This document shows positions 52,136 through 64,000 of a stretch of DNA of 64,000 nucleotides, piece by piece. The notes below the pieces were generated by a model, which was not told where the DNA came from, did no database searches, and saw only the letters and a program-made list of their open reading frames with translations. This DNA comes from the human T2T-CHM13v2.0 reference genome, Homo sapiens. Every line of letters starts with the position of its first letter. Position 1 is the stretch's first letter. A program made the translations under genes and the position numbers. Location: NCBI RefSeq assembly GCF_009914755.1, contig NC_060947.1; one strand, 5' to 3'.

Positions 52136-54810
52136 GGGTTTCTAAATTGTGTGGAGCAGTTCACCAAGTGCCAGGCAACAACCCATGATCCTTAAATCTC
52201 TTCCAAAATCCTTAACCAAGATGTTTCGCAAGCATTGTTTGAGGCTGCATTTGCTTTTACATCTAAGAGAACATTTTTAGATATGAGATTTGTTTTCCTT
52301 CCAGCAAGATGCTCTACATCACTACTACCAATTAGGCAAGTTCATTTAAAAGCTTTGAATCCATACTTGTAAAATTCCCCCTTTGCTCATCCAACTTTAT
52401 GTCTAAACAGTGCAGCTGATGGCTGTACAGTTCCATTTATGAATTCCACTCTTGTGAATGTATTTCCAAAATTGTTTCAGAATTTCTTTGTCTGGGTAAG
52501 CCAGGACTGCTGGTTTTAATAAGAACATGGTTTAAACATAGTTATCCAGGTCACTGATATTTCATGGCTTCCCAGAACACAGACAGCACCCAGTACCCAG
52601 AGAGAACCTTCCCCTTTTCAAACAAACACTGCCCTTGCCCAACTCTATCCTTTCCTTTTGCAAAATAACTCCCTCTCCACTTCCCTCGCACATCATTTTT
52701 TCTTTAGAAAGAGTTATATGGTGTAATAGAATGAAAACTGAGGTTAGACCAAAGGAAAGGCAAGTACTGCCTCTGGTTACAGCTCATCAGCATCACAAAG
52801 TGGTCCACAATAGTGTCTAGCAAAGTGGCTTGCACACAGTAGGTCCTCAACAGCTAACTGAATGAATTCAATTATTTGAGAGAACTCTTGCACCTCCATT
52901 TAGGAAAACCCAAAAAAATATTCTCTGAACAACTGTGACATTCCATAGCATTCACATCTGAGAACGTGTTCTATTACATAATCAGCAAAGTAAAAGGAAC
53001 TTTATTTTTAGCTACTGGACTTTGCAGGGAAGATCAGAGTCCCATTTTAAACTTCTCTTTCATCCCTAACCTTCAAATGACACTCCTATGATTTGTTTTT
53101 TTTTTGTTGTTGTTTTTTTTTTTAAAGACTCAGTTAAAGATGGCCTGGAGCACACTTAAAACAATACAAAACAACAAGAGAAATAAACCAGATGGCAAAA
53201 AAACATAAATCAGGACAAGCCGAGCTGAACAAGCTACAAAGGAAGGCATGGTCAAACTGTGAAGGGAAGAGGCACTTCATCCCTCATGGATAAGTCTCCA
53301 TTATTGCTTCCTTGCAAAGGAAAGCTCAGAGGTCATCTGGGGTGTGTGTGGGGGGGTGTTATACCTCCACAACCTGTCACAAGCTAGGCTAGAAAAAGCT
53401 GCATAATAGTTGGGAACCTCCAAAGGGTCAGTACTCAGAACAGGTAAGTTGGGCATTGATTCCCATATGATAGAAAAATAATAGTTTGTGAGTATCTTTG
53501 TTTTAATTGAATGATGATAAAGGTAGAGAAAGAAGAAAAAGAAATTGACCCAATGTATCTGTGCTATTTCTAACACATGATGAAAACAATGAGAACTATC
53601 CTCTAGAAAAACCATCCATCCTCATCTTTTCTACAAACATCCATAAAAGGACATACCTTACACAAACATCACTGGCACCCTCTGGGCTGAGGAAGGCAAG
53701 AAAGGGACTCTAAAATTCGAGACACATCTTGTTTGGCTGTGTCTCTGATACTGGAATAAATGTTTGGACTTTTCCATGGAGATAAGGGCTTCAGTTCTGG
53801 GAGATTTGTTTTGTTTTATTGGATCTGTGTGATAGCTGGTAGAAAGTAAAATATTCAGGGGGTATTTTTAATATATAATATGGATATATGGACATCTGTC
53901 AACCTGCATTGGGCGGGCCTTTCAGCTCTTACAACAGCTGCCATATATTTCTAGTACATTAAAAAGCTTTTTTTTAAAAAAACAAAAAACAAAAAACAAT
54001 AACTGGGCCTCTTAGGCAAGAGTACATGTCCATTAGTTTTAGATACTTACAAGTACATGCTGTTCTGTTGTAAAACAACACGCAGAAAATCTGGCACTAA
54101 GTTTTCCACCCTGGAGCCCTGTTTACAAACATACTGAATTATTAACCCCAGAACATCATCTTCACCCCTCTCCCCATTTTATCTACATGATCTGAAAACT
54201 TGAAGAAGGTTTTCCAAGGCATGCTTGTCACTCTGAATTTATGGGCACGGACAATGCCAAGGACTCCTGTTCACTACACACTGAATGTTTTGCACCAGCC
54301 AGTAAGGACTGTCGAAGTGGGAGAAGAAATGTGGCTACGTGTTGGGAATGTAAGCAGCACAAAGGGATTACATCAATAGACCTAAATCTGTCTATTTCCT
54401 TATCATCCTCCACCCTCTTTGTTGATAGCTGTTATGAGTGCATCAGAGTTTGCTGCAAATGGCTTTTCTGAGCAGCCCTAGAACTTTGTGGATATGCTAA
54501 GGAAATCATGAACTTGTAGTGGATTGTCTTTCCCACCTGCTTCCAGAGCTTCCAGAATTTTCCCAATTAAAGCACTCATTGCCTTATTGTCTCTAATCAA
54601 AGCAAGCATTGCACTGTATTGTAATCACTTGTTTAAATCCTACCTTTCTTGCTATAGGAAGTACTCCAGAAGGAGGGGCAGAGATCACCACTGTCTTGTT
54701 GTTACCAATCTATCCCCCAAACCTTGCAAGGTGCATGGTCTGTAATAGAAGGCTAATAATATTTATTAACTGAAATGCACTGATAACAGAGTGAAAAGGG
54801 CTCCCTCTTG

Positions 54811-54925
54811 TAGGGTGACCAATTGTCCTGGTTTGCCCAGGACTGAGGGGCTTCCCAGGCCCTGGAACTTTCAGCACTTAAACCAGGGCAGTCCCAGGCA
54901 AACCGGGAAGGTTTAAACAACTGAT
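54811..54925. mobile_element. MER81-like hAT-Blackjack MITE
   Basis: tagggtgaccaattgtcctggtttgcccaggactg ... cagtcccaggcaaaccggga imperfect terminal inverted repeats. Confidence 0.7.
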
Positions 54926-55654
54926 CTCTTTTCGTTTCTGCACCACCAGATCCAGGTTGCAGACCCACCCTCGCCTCCCAGTAGTTCCCAACCCTGTCGC
55001 ACCTGTACATACAGCTGCTCGCCTCACCCATCAGCTGGAGGGAGGGGGCAGCCTTCTAAGGTGACATCCCTTTGTGCCCAGTTTCTGCCCAACGACAAAT
55101 GACTACCTTAGCCACACTGCCTGGTCAGCTTCTTTATGAGAGGCAATAATGGTTACTTTATTTCCCAGATTCAGAAAATGGGCAGGTGTCAGAATGATCA
55201 GGAGAGATGCCCCAATTTAAGCTGTGTCCCTGAGTCTGCCCAAAGGTGGGCGTGATGCCAGATACCTGTGCACTCCAGATGAAAAACTGCTGCTCTCCTT
55301 TCCTGGCCACCTGCAAACCCACCCCAGGTCCCCCTGCCTGTCGGTTTCTAAAGCTCACCTTCTTTTCTCCCATATTAGGGTTAATGGAGGCTAGGCGCTG
55401 AGGTCCCTCCTTACCCCACAATTATGCTGGGGATGTGATAAGGGAACATGAAGCTCACTTGAGTCTTAAGGGAAAGATAACCCAAGACAGTCTTGCCACT
55501 CAGGATCCAGAACGCTTGTTTATGCAGTGGTGAGTGGATTTTGCCACCAGTTGGAAACAAGTTCACCCACGGGCACATCATTCTTGCTTATTTCTAGGAT
55601 GCCCTTCTATAGACTATCCAGAAAACATAAAACTGAAGGCAAGGGAAAAGCCAA

Positions 55655-56400
<746 letters not shown>

Positions 56401-58851
56401 AAGCAATGGGGGAGATACTTGCTTTGAGCTTGATCCAGCAAGCCATGTCAGGCATGTCATTTAACCCTGGGGAAAACATTCTTACCTCCTCTGTAAGTAC
56501 ATTATTCTACCTACCTGCTTTGGCTGTCAAATTAAATTAGATAAAACTGAGTGGGGTGGTTGTTCAATCTCATTTGTTAAATGTATGCTCGACAAAGGCA
56601 ATGCTGTCAATCCCAATGAAATTAGAGTTTGTCAAATGAGGAAGCTGATTTTTTTTTTAATAAAAGATTTCTGCATTTAGGGCTTACTCTCAAATATCTT
56701 TCTAGCAGCTGTATCTCTCAGCCTATTAGTCAAAGGCAGGCACCCAGCCAGCTGTTTGCTGGATTCAACTTCCCCATACATAATCATTTCAAAGGTCGTG
56801 TATATGTTAATTTACTACCTGGTTGTTATTTTAAAAGACTTTATTGTATCATTTTATGGTGATTTATTCTTCCTCCTCCTCTAAGAAATTCTGGATACTA
56901 GAACACCCACTGGCAGGGTAGCTCTGGGTGAGTATGAGACTTCAAAGAAATCACTGTTGTCATTTTTCCAATTAAACATGAACACACACAAGCAATATGT
57001 TTTGGTCGGACATAATTATGATCACCATAGTCTGGAGCTAGAAGGAAGAAGTAGTTTAAGCAAAAATGATTCGTTTTTTTTTTTAAAGAAGACAGCAAGC
57101 GAGATACACACAGCGTGCCTATCTAAATCATTACTTGACAATAGCAATGCCCATGTGGTGAATTTGACAACGTCTAGGTCTTTATAATTTGACTCGCTTT
57201 ACTTTTTTCCTGGGGACAACCTAAGGATTTCGTAGTTGATTATAAGGCAATGCAGTTTCATTTTCTATGGATTCTGTGAGGCCCACAGTATCCTTAAGCT
57301 TGGATCATATGGGAAGAGAATAAAACACCCAACAGGAGGAAAAAGGAGGTTGAGGAGAAGGCAGGGTAAGAGAAGAGAGGTGGGATTCCAAGGTAGCTTA
57401 CAGGAGGGGAAGGCGGTGGGTTGATGGAAAGAGGTCGCGTATGTAATACTATTTCATATGGCAGGGGTTACAGAAAAGGTTTTTATGGTGGTGGCTCAGG
57501 GAGGAGAGTTGTGATGAGAAAGGCAATGGCAGAGAGCCACAAGAAGAGGGAGGCCTAGAGAGATCAGGCCCAGATAAAAGCACTGATTTGCTTTCAAATG
57601 AACATATCAGTGCCTCATTTACTTTTCACTGGCACCTGTAATCTCGGGGACCTCCCCAACATGTGTTCATGTTGGAGAAAAGAACGATTCAAGCACAAAA
57701 TCGTCAGTGAGTGATCACCATTGTTCTTCCGCTCAAATGTCACATTAAGGCGCCCATACGCTACCATTCAGAAATCTATTAGTAACATAGCGAAGTCAGG
57801 AACTTCCCTGACCTACTTTTACCAGACAGTGGATGCTTCTAATTCTGCAATCAGTGAAACAGTAAAACGATTAGAAAATGTGTGTAGCATGGTGCGGGAT
57901 CAGACGAGGCAAATACAGCCGCTGGGGAAAGGTTAATAGAATGTAACTTAAACAGCTTGTGTGCTTCTAAATTTGCCCCAGGCAATGAAGGGCACAGGCC
58001 AAAGGGAATCCTTCAAAACCAAAACCATACTCCTCCCTCTACCATTCCCAACTCTTGGATAGCCTGAGTTTATCTGTGCCTTCATATTCCCTGCTCCCCA
58101 GCCCTTCCTGCACCAGCTGTGCCCTCCACACAGATCAACCAAGATCTGTATCTGCAATTTGACATCTTGCCCTCTTTAAATGCTGTAGGCCTTCAGATCA
58201 CCCCAGCCCCACTGAGATAGGTCCGTGTGTTTATCCCCCCAGAACCACAAACTCAAACTCAAATCATCAAATGTTATAGCTAATTATATCCTACTGCCCT
58301 AAGCCCCACCTCCTTCCTCTGTTCCCTTTCTTATGTGGAAAAATACCCCTCCAAGAAAAGATGAAAAGGAAACTGGACAAACTGCTTTGTGCATTATGGT
58401 TTTTCTCCCTAAAAAGATTCATCCTGGAATTCTTTTAAAAATATTCATGCTTATGTTACAACTGAATTTTGGAAAAATTAGAAAAAATGGAAAAATTCAT
58501 TCAGGACTCTTATGCCCCCAACAAATCAAAACTATTTAACTTTATTGTTTTATTTTTTACAGGAAACAACCTATCATGGCACAGATACAATTTTTGTCTT
58601 TTCCTTTTCACACTGTATTTTATGATAAGCCATTTTCCTCAGAGATACAGAGTAGCTGAGAATCACCTTAAGTAACAATACCCACCCCTCAACTCCCACC
58701 CCTGCAACCCCTGTATCTTAAATGATTCCATTTCCTCACATCTTTTTGGAGTTACATGTCTATCGTGCACAAACAGTATCGGGAGTGACAAGGACAGGGA
58801 GCAATGGGACCAAGCTGTCTGCCCTCATTGTAGCTTGAAAATTAAGTACTA

Positions 58852-59208
58852 CAGATGCTCCTTCACTTACGATAGGGTTATGTCCTGTCATAAGTTGAAA
58901 ATATTGTAGTCAAAAATGCATTTCATACACCTAACCTACCAAAATCATAGCGTAGCCTAGCCAACCCTAATGTAAGCTCAGAACACTTATATTATCCTAT
59001 TGTTGGGTAAAATAATCTAACAGCAAGCATATTTTATAATACAGTGTTGACTATCTCAGTAATTTATTGAATACTGTACTAAAAGTGAAAAACAGAATGG
59101 CTGTACAGGTATTCGAAGCACAATTTCTAGCGAACGAGTATGACTTCTGCACCATTGTAAAGGTGAAAAAAATTCTAAGTTGAACATCGTTAAGTTGGGG
59201 GCCATCTG
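58852..59208. mobile_element. MER47A-like Tigger element
   Basis: ta|cagatgctccttcacttacgat ... taagttgggggccatctg|ta termini with TA duplication. Confidence 0.85.
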
Positions 59209-59389
59209 TATTTATTATGGTCCTCCCCTGAGTTGGCCCCTGATCACAAGCTTCTCCACAGCAAAGATATCTGACGAAGGCCTTGCTGAACCCCAAACCA
59301 GGCGATGCAGACAGTGTCATGGAATTTGCAAAATCCCCAGACAAAATTAGTGTATGTGCCAGAAAGCATTTTTCCTTGGGGAGGAGCAT

Positions 59390-59830
59390 GGTTAAATTTG
59401 GATTCCCCCAAAGGCAGACCCTGTGACCAAGATCTGAGTGCATACAGTGTATGTAAAAGGGGACCACAGGCAGCACCCATGGAGCAGTAGAGAAGTGAGG
59501 CAGGAAAGGAAGGCAAACAATTCAGGATGCGTTAATAAGCAGCTGACTGCCATGAGCAACTGGGGCTAAGTCCCACTGGGAGTTAACCTCAGGTTTCTCC
59601 CTACTGAGGGAGAGAAAACAGCGGCATCTGTCTTCCAGTTACATTGCATCATCAGTTGAGGGCTGCTCCTGGTGACATATGCTCCAGAGCCTCTTGCTTG
59701 TCCTGTGCCTGGGCTAAGCATGCTTCCAGGGCCAGTACTGAAGTCTTGGAGGAGAGAGCTGCAGGGGTTCGAAGTGAGCACACAGATAGGTGGAGGTGAG
59801 TACCCAGGAGGTAGGGGTCAGCCAAGATAG
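59390..59830 (-). mobile_element. ERVL LTR16-like solo LTR
   Basis: ggcagaccctgtgaccaagatctgagtgca...gcaactggggctaagtcccactggg; resembles 36617-37080. Confidence 0.5.
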
Positions 59831-60449
59831 CTTCCACTATAGAGATAATCAGTCGAAGAGCGAGCTGCTGCAGACACCCAAAAGACCAAAGCCCACCAGT
59901 GTGCAGGTGCAAGCCTGTTTGTTTCTCTTTCTTCACTCTCTGAAATCCTTACTGACATCCTGTGGATGGGCAACAGGCTGGATTTTCCCAAGGTCTGAGT
60001 TCCCTAAAAGTAAATTGGGTATCTTTAGAAGTTGTCTGCACCCAGCCTTACAGGGCTTCTAATGGGAAATCTTGGCATTGGAGCCCAAAACACAGCTCAC
60101 AAATCCTGAAGCAGCCAGTGACCCTACCAAAGATCCCCACTTACCTTCCAAGGAGTAATTTAATCACTGGGAAACCTGGATCATAAACTCTGAAGTTCTC
60201 AGAAATGATGTCTGTTTGGTAGTGGAATTCTGTGTCCAGGCAAGCCTGCCACCCTTCTTAATGTGATCCTCTTCCCCCAAAGGAGAGAAGTCAAGACAGG
60301 CCTTATGCAAGTTGACTGCTTCATTCTTCCTGGGAAGCCTGCTGGGTTAAGTTGGGGGTTTTGTTATTGTTGTTGTTTGATTTTTGGCAGGGGGTTATTT
60401 TTTGCAAGCTCTATCTTTGTCAAATGCTATCACAGGCAACATTAAGACA

Positions 60450-60960
60450 GATCTACATATGGACACAAAAAGACATGTTCAAGAATATTTGTAGCAGCTT
60501 TATTTGCAATAGCCCTGAACTGGAAACCACCCAGATGTCCGTCAGCAGGAGAATGGATAAACAAACTGTAATACATCCATACAATAAGATACTACACAGC
60601 AATAAAAAGGAAGGAACTACTGACACAACCAACAACATGGATGAATCTCATAAGCATTATGCTAAGTGAAAACAGCCAGACAAAAAGACTACCTATACTG
60701 CATGATCCTGTTCATATGAAACTCTAGAGCAGACACAACTAATCTACCGATACCGAAGTAAGAATAGTGTTTGCCTTTGGGAGATATTGACTAGAAATGG
60801 GCTCAAGGGAGCTCTTCAGGGTGCTGGGACTGTATTCTATTTTGATCTGGGGTATGATTATACGGGTGAATACACATGCACTTAAAACCCATCAGCACAT
60901 AAGATTTGTGTACTCTGTGACTTTACTGTATGTGTTACATATACACCTCTATAAAAAGGT
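60450..60960 (+). mobile_element. Old L1M 3' fragment
   Basis: aagaatatttgtagcagctttatt...ctggaaaccacccagatgtcc...aacatggatgaatctca. Confidence 0.75.
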
Positions 60961-61247
60961 AAGATAGACTAATATAACAATAAGTTGAAAGAATAATAAA
61001 ATAAAATAGGACAGCTCTAGAGAATACTGTCTCTCTCTGTCTTTCTCTAACTGTGACCAGTGGAAACTTAAGCCCTTGCCTAGAGCTTGGTCTCCTTAGG
61101 GAGAAAATGTTTGAGAGGGTTCTCTTGGTGAAGTTGGCATTTTTGCCACAGGAAACAGAGAAGACAGAAGGAAAAACTCAACATGAGCCCAGAGGTCTTT
61201 GGTGCGCAACATGAATAGTTTGGGGGAATTTAATCAGGACCGCCTCA

Positions 61248-61540
61248 AACACACACACACACACAGCACACACACACACACACACACACACAAAACACAG
61301 CACACTCATGCATTGAATCACATCCACACACACTCCATGCCCACCACCCTGCAACACCACATGCACTCACGTCCCACACTGCTGCTGCAACACACCTCAC
61401 ACAGTCACACACATGGGACTGCACACATCACACATCATATACACGGCACACTCACATACTCAACCACATCACACTGCACAGACCTGCATACACGCAAAGC
61501 ACACATCACATGCTCATACCACAAGGGATCATAAACACAC
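61248..61540. repeat. Degenerate (CA)n-rich tract; (CAT)n at about 61641-61661
   Basis: Seen directly; explains the His/Thr-rich ORFs. Confidence 0.85.
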
Positions 61541-63144
61541 AGAGTGGAGGCAGCCCCTGCCCTCTCAGGGCCAACTCTTAGAATGCCAGCGCTGTTTGGG
61601 TAATCACCTCCTTCTTCCCGCTGCCAACCACAGCCACTGTCATCATCATCATCATCATCATTCCAGAAACATCCCTCATGGACAGGAACATCTCAGAGTG
61701 CACGCAGCTGTGCCTGCAAACAAAGACATCTGCCTGGAGCTGCCTGCTCACCCCAAAAGCTGTCTGGGCACATCAGGTTTCTGCCTGGTTCTGTGGAGTG
61801 AGTGTCCTGCAACCTTCAGCTCCAGCCCTGACAGGAACCCTGCAGCGACATCTATGCACCATCCTCCTCCCTCTCTCTTTCTCTGTCCTACTGGCCACTG
61901 CCCCCTTCGCAGTAAGGAGACTTGCTTCCCTTCTTAGTGTGGAACAGTGTCCATCCTGGGCCCAGATCAGCCCTGACCTTCCAGATAATGCTGACTTCGT
62001 TGCCAGGGGAATGCAGAGAAACCAGCCAATATCCAGAAGGTGCCATCCTCTCAATTTGGGATGCTGGCGCCTCCTTGCTGTTAGTCTTTGCCATGGACTG
62101 CCATAGCTGCAGCCTTCTGAGATCCTGGAAAACCCTTTTTCTGCTGTTGTTACCTTAACTTGAAGAACTCCACTGAGTCCATTTCAATATCTGTTGACCA
62201 TCTGGACCTTCTGCAGAAAATAGGTCTCCATGTGTGGAAGACAGTGAAAAATTCCCATCAGCGTATGCACCATTTAACTCTCAGGAATCTCCCCCAAAGA
62301 TAAATGCACAAGCAGGTTTATCACAGCTCTTTTGTGTTATGAAGACTGGAAACAACCTAAATGTCAACTGAGAGGGAATTGGCTTAGTTAATTATCCCAG
62401 ATTATTACACCAAATATTACCCAGTCCTTGCAAAGGAGGACACAGGTTGGTCTGTTCTGACATGGAAAAAAATGTCCAAGGAAACTATTTAAGGGAAAAA
62501 TAGGTGAAGAAGTCATTTGGCAGGAGAGAATATAGATTTTCTATATTTTCTACATGTAACATGAACTAATTTTTGTTGAGTGAGCATGTGTGTACACGTG
62601 TGTGTGTTAAGAACTTAAAGAATAAAACCAAGCATGTACCAGTTTTCTCTGATAATATTACAGAGCACTATTCATGTCTTTGTTTCAGATATCTATAATG
62701 TTTTTATTTTTAAATATGTGTTACTTTTTTCAGTCAGAAAGAGACAAAAACATTTTTTTCTAAGTGTCCATCACTGGCCCTTCACCCATTCTTTTTAAAA
62801 TCTTGGATTACCAATACTCAGAGGCAGCTGGACCTTGAGGCCAGTGAGTTCAGCATTTTCTAGCTATGGGGTCTGGGCATGTGACTTCGCCTTGTTGAAC
62901 CTTCCTTTTATCCATCATCAACAAGCCTCATTGAGAGCCTACTCAATGCCACCCTCTGTGCCAATCCTGGGGTGACAGTGGTGGACAAAATGCTCATCCC
63001 CTTCCTACTTGGAGTTGCATCTATCGGTGTAAAATAAGGAATCTTTGCAGGGCTACTGAAAGGATTAGTAACACAAACAATTCCAGGCACATAAAAGGCC
63101 TTTGAAAACTATCGGCTGCTTAAAAAAAAAACCCAAGGAGCATG

Positions 63145-63580
63145 ACTTAGTTAAGGTAGGATAAGTTACCTAGTGAATTGCTCCTAACTTGTAATTGCTC
63201 AATAATGAAAGCTTATGTCTTGTTTATGTAACTGTCTAGGGTGGGGGCTCCAGATCTGGCAGTTTTGTTCCATGAAATGGCCTTCCCTAGGCAGAAGAGG
63301 CTCTGCCATCTTTAACTGTGGCTTTCAAGGTGACCTTGGGACTTCACTCCATCCCAGACAGCCAGTGGATAAGAGAAGAGCTTGGAGGAAAACCTAGAAA
63401 GCTTTTATGGTTGGACCAGAGGTGCACACATCCTTTCTACTCACATCCCATTGACCAGAACTCAGGCAGATGGCCACACATACAACTGCAAGAGAGACTG
63501 GGAAATGTAGTCTATCTGGGTACCTAGGAAGATAAACAAAACAGGTTTTGGGGACTAACCAGCAATCACTACCGTAGTGA
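63145..63580 (-). mobile_element. MaLR LTR (MLT1J/K-like)
   Basis: cacatcccattgaccagaactcag...tggccacacatacaactgcaagagagactgggaaatgtagtcta. Confidence 0.6.
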
Positions 63581-64000
63581 ATTAGAGAGGGAAACAAATC
63601 CCTATGACTTTGTTTGTGAGTGTTTATTTGTGGCCAGTCTGCAAATAGCTGATGCTCAAAGAAGTCTTTGCTCTAGAAGTTCAGAAGCTTTTTTTTTTAT
63701 TATTTTTTTGCTGAACTTTTAGTTTTTTGGAAGAACTCTAAGAAGACATCTGTTTAAGCCTCTTTTTTATCATCAAGGTTGTCCTGCCACCGTCTGAGAT
63801 ACTACTAAAAAACAATGCCAGCCCCAAGCTCTGACTTTCACAAGATTTGAGATGCTGTCAAAAATAAATGCCAGCTCCTCAGATTCTGTGTGAAAGAGAT
63901 GCCAACACGCATCTAACTCAAACTAAAAGCTGCAGACAAGAAGCTGTACCATGCATACATTGTCACTCCTACTCCACTAAAGAACCTCACATGCGAACCA

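Noticed and set aside
61199-61937. His-rich ORFs (111 and 174 aa)
   Set aside because: Translations of (CA)n and (CAT)n simple repeats.

Overview
Human (primate) genomic DNA containing the 3' part of RAI2 (retinoic acid-induced 2, Xp22) on the minus strand. The single coding exon has a splice acceptor at 24642/24641, ATG at 24617, stop at 23025 and AATAAA signals at about 22672-22703, and encodes 530 aa. Everything right of 24641 is most likely RAI2 intron, with no promoter or first exon recognisable in the window. Left of the gene is a full-length, inactive L1PA3-like LINE-1 (3967-9996, minus, 16-bp TSD) that keeps its 5'UTR, antisense promoter region and an open ORF0. The rest is typical mammalian repeat landscape (Alu, MIR, L2, MaLR/ERVL LTRs, MER DNA transposons, microsatellites); repeat subfamily names are from memory of the consensus sequences, not from a search. 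I found no evidence of a new multi-gene system. The most notable observations are two local templated-duplication scars (one an inverted+direct composite just 3' of RAI2), a perfect estrogen response element in an L2 remnant in the RAI2 intron, an in-frame 150-nt exitron in the RAI2 CDS, a strong CTCF motif, a possible L1 antisense-promoter chimeric transcript, and a Pol-eta-like PIP motif at the RAI2 C-terminus.
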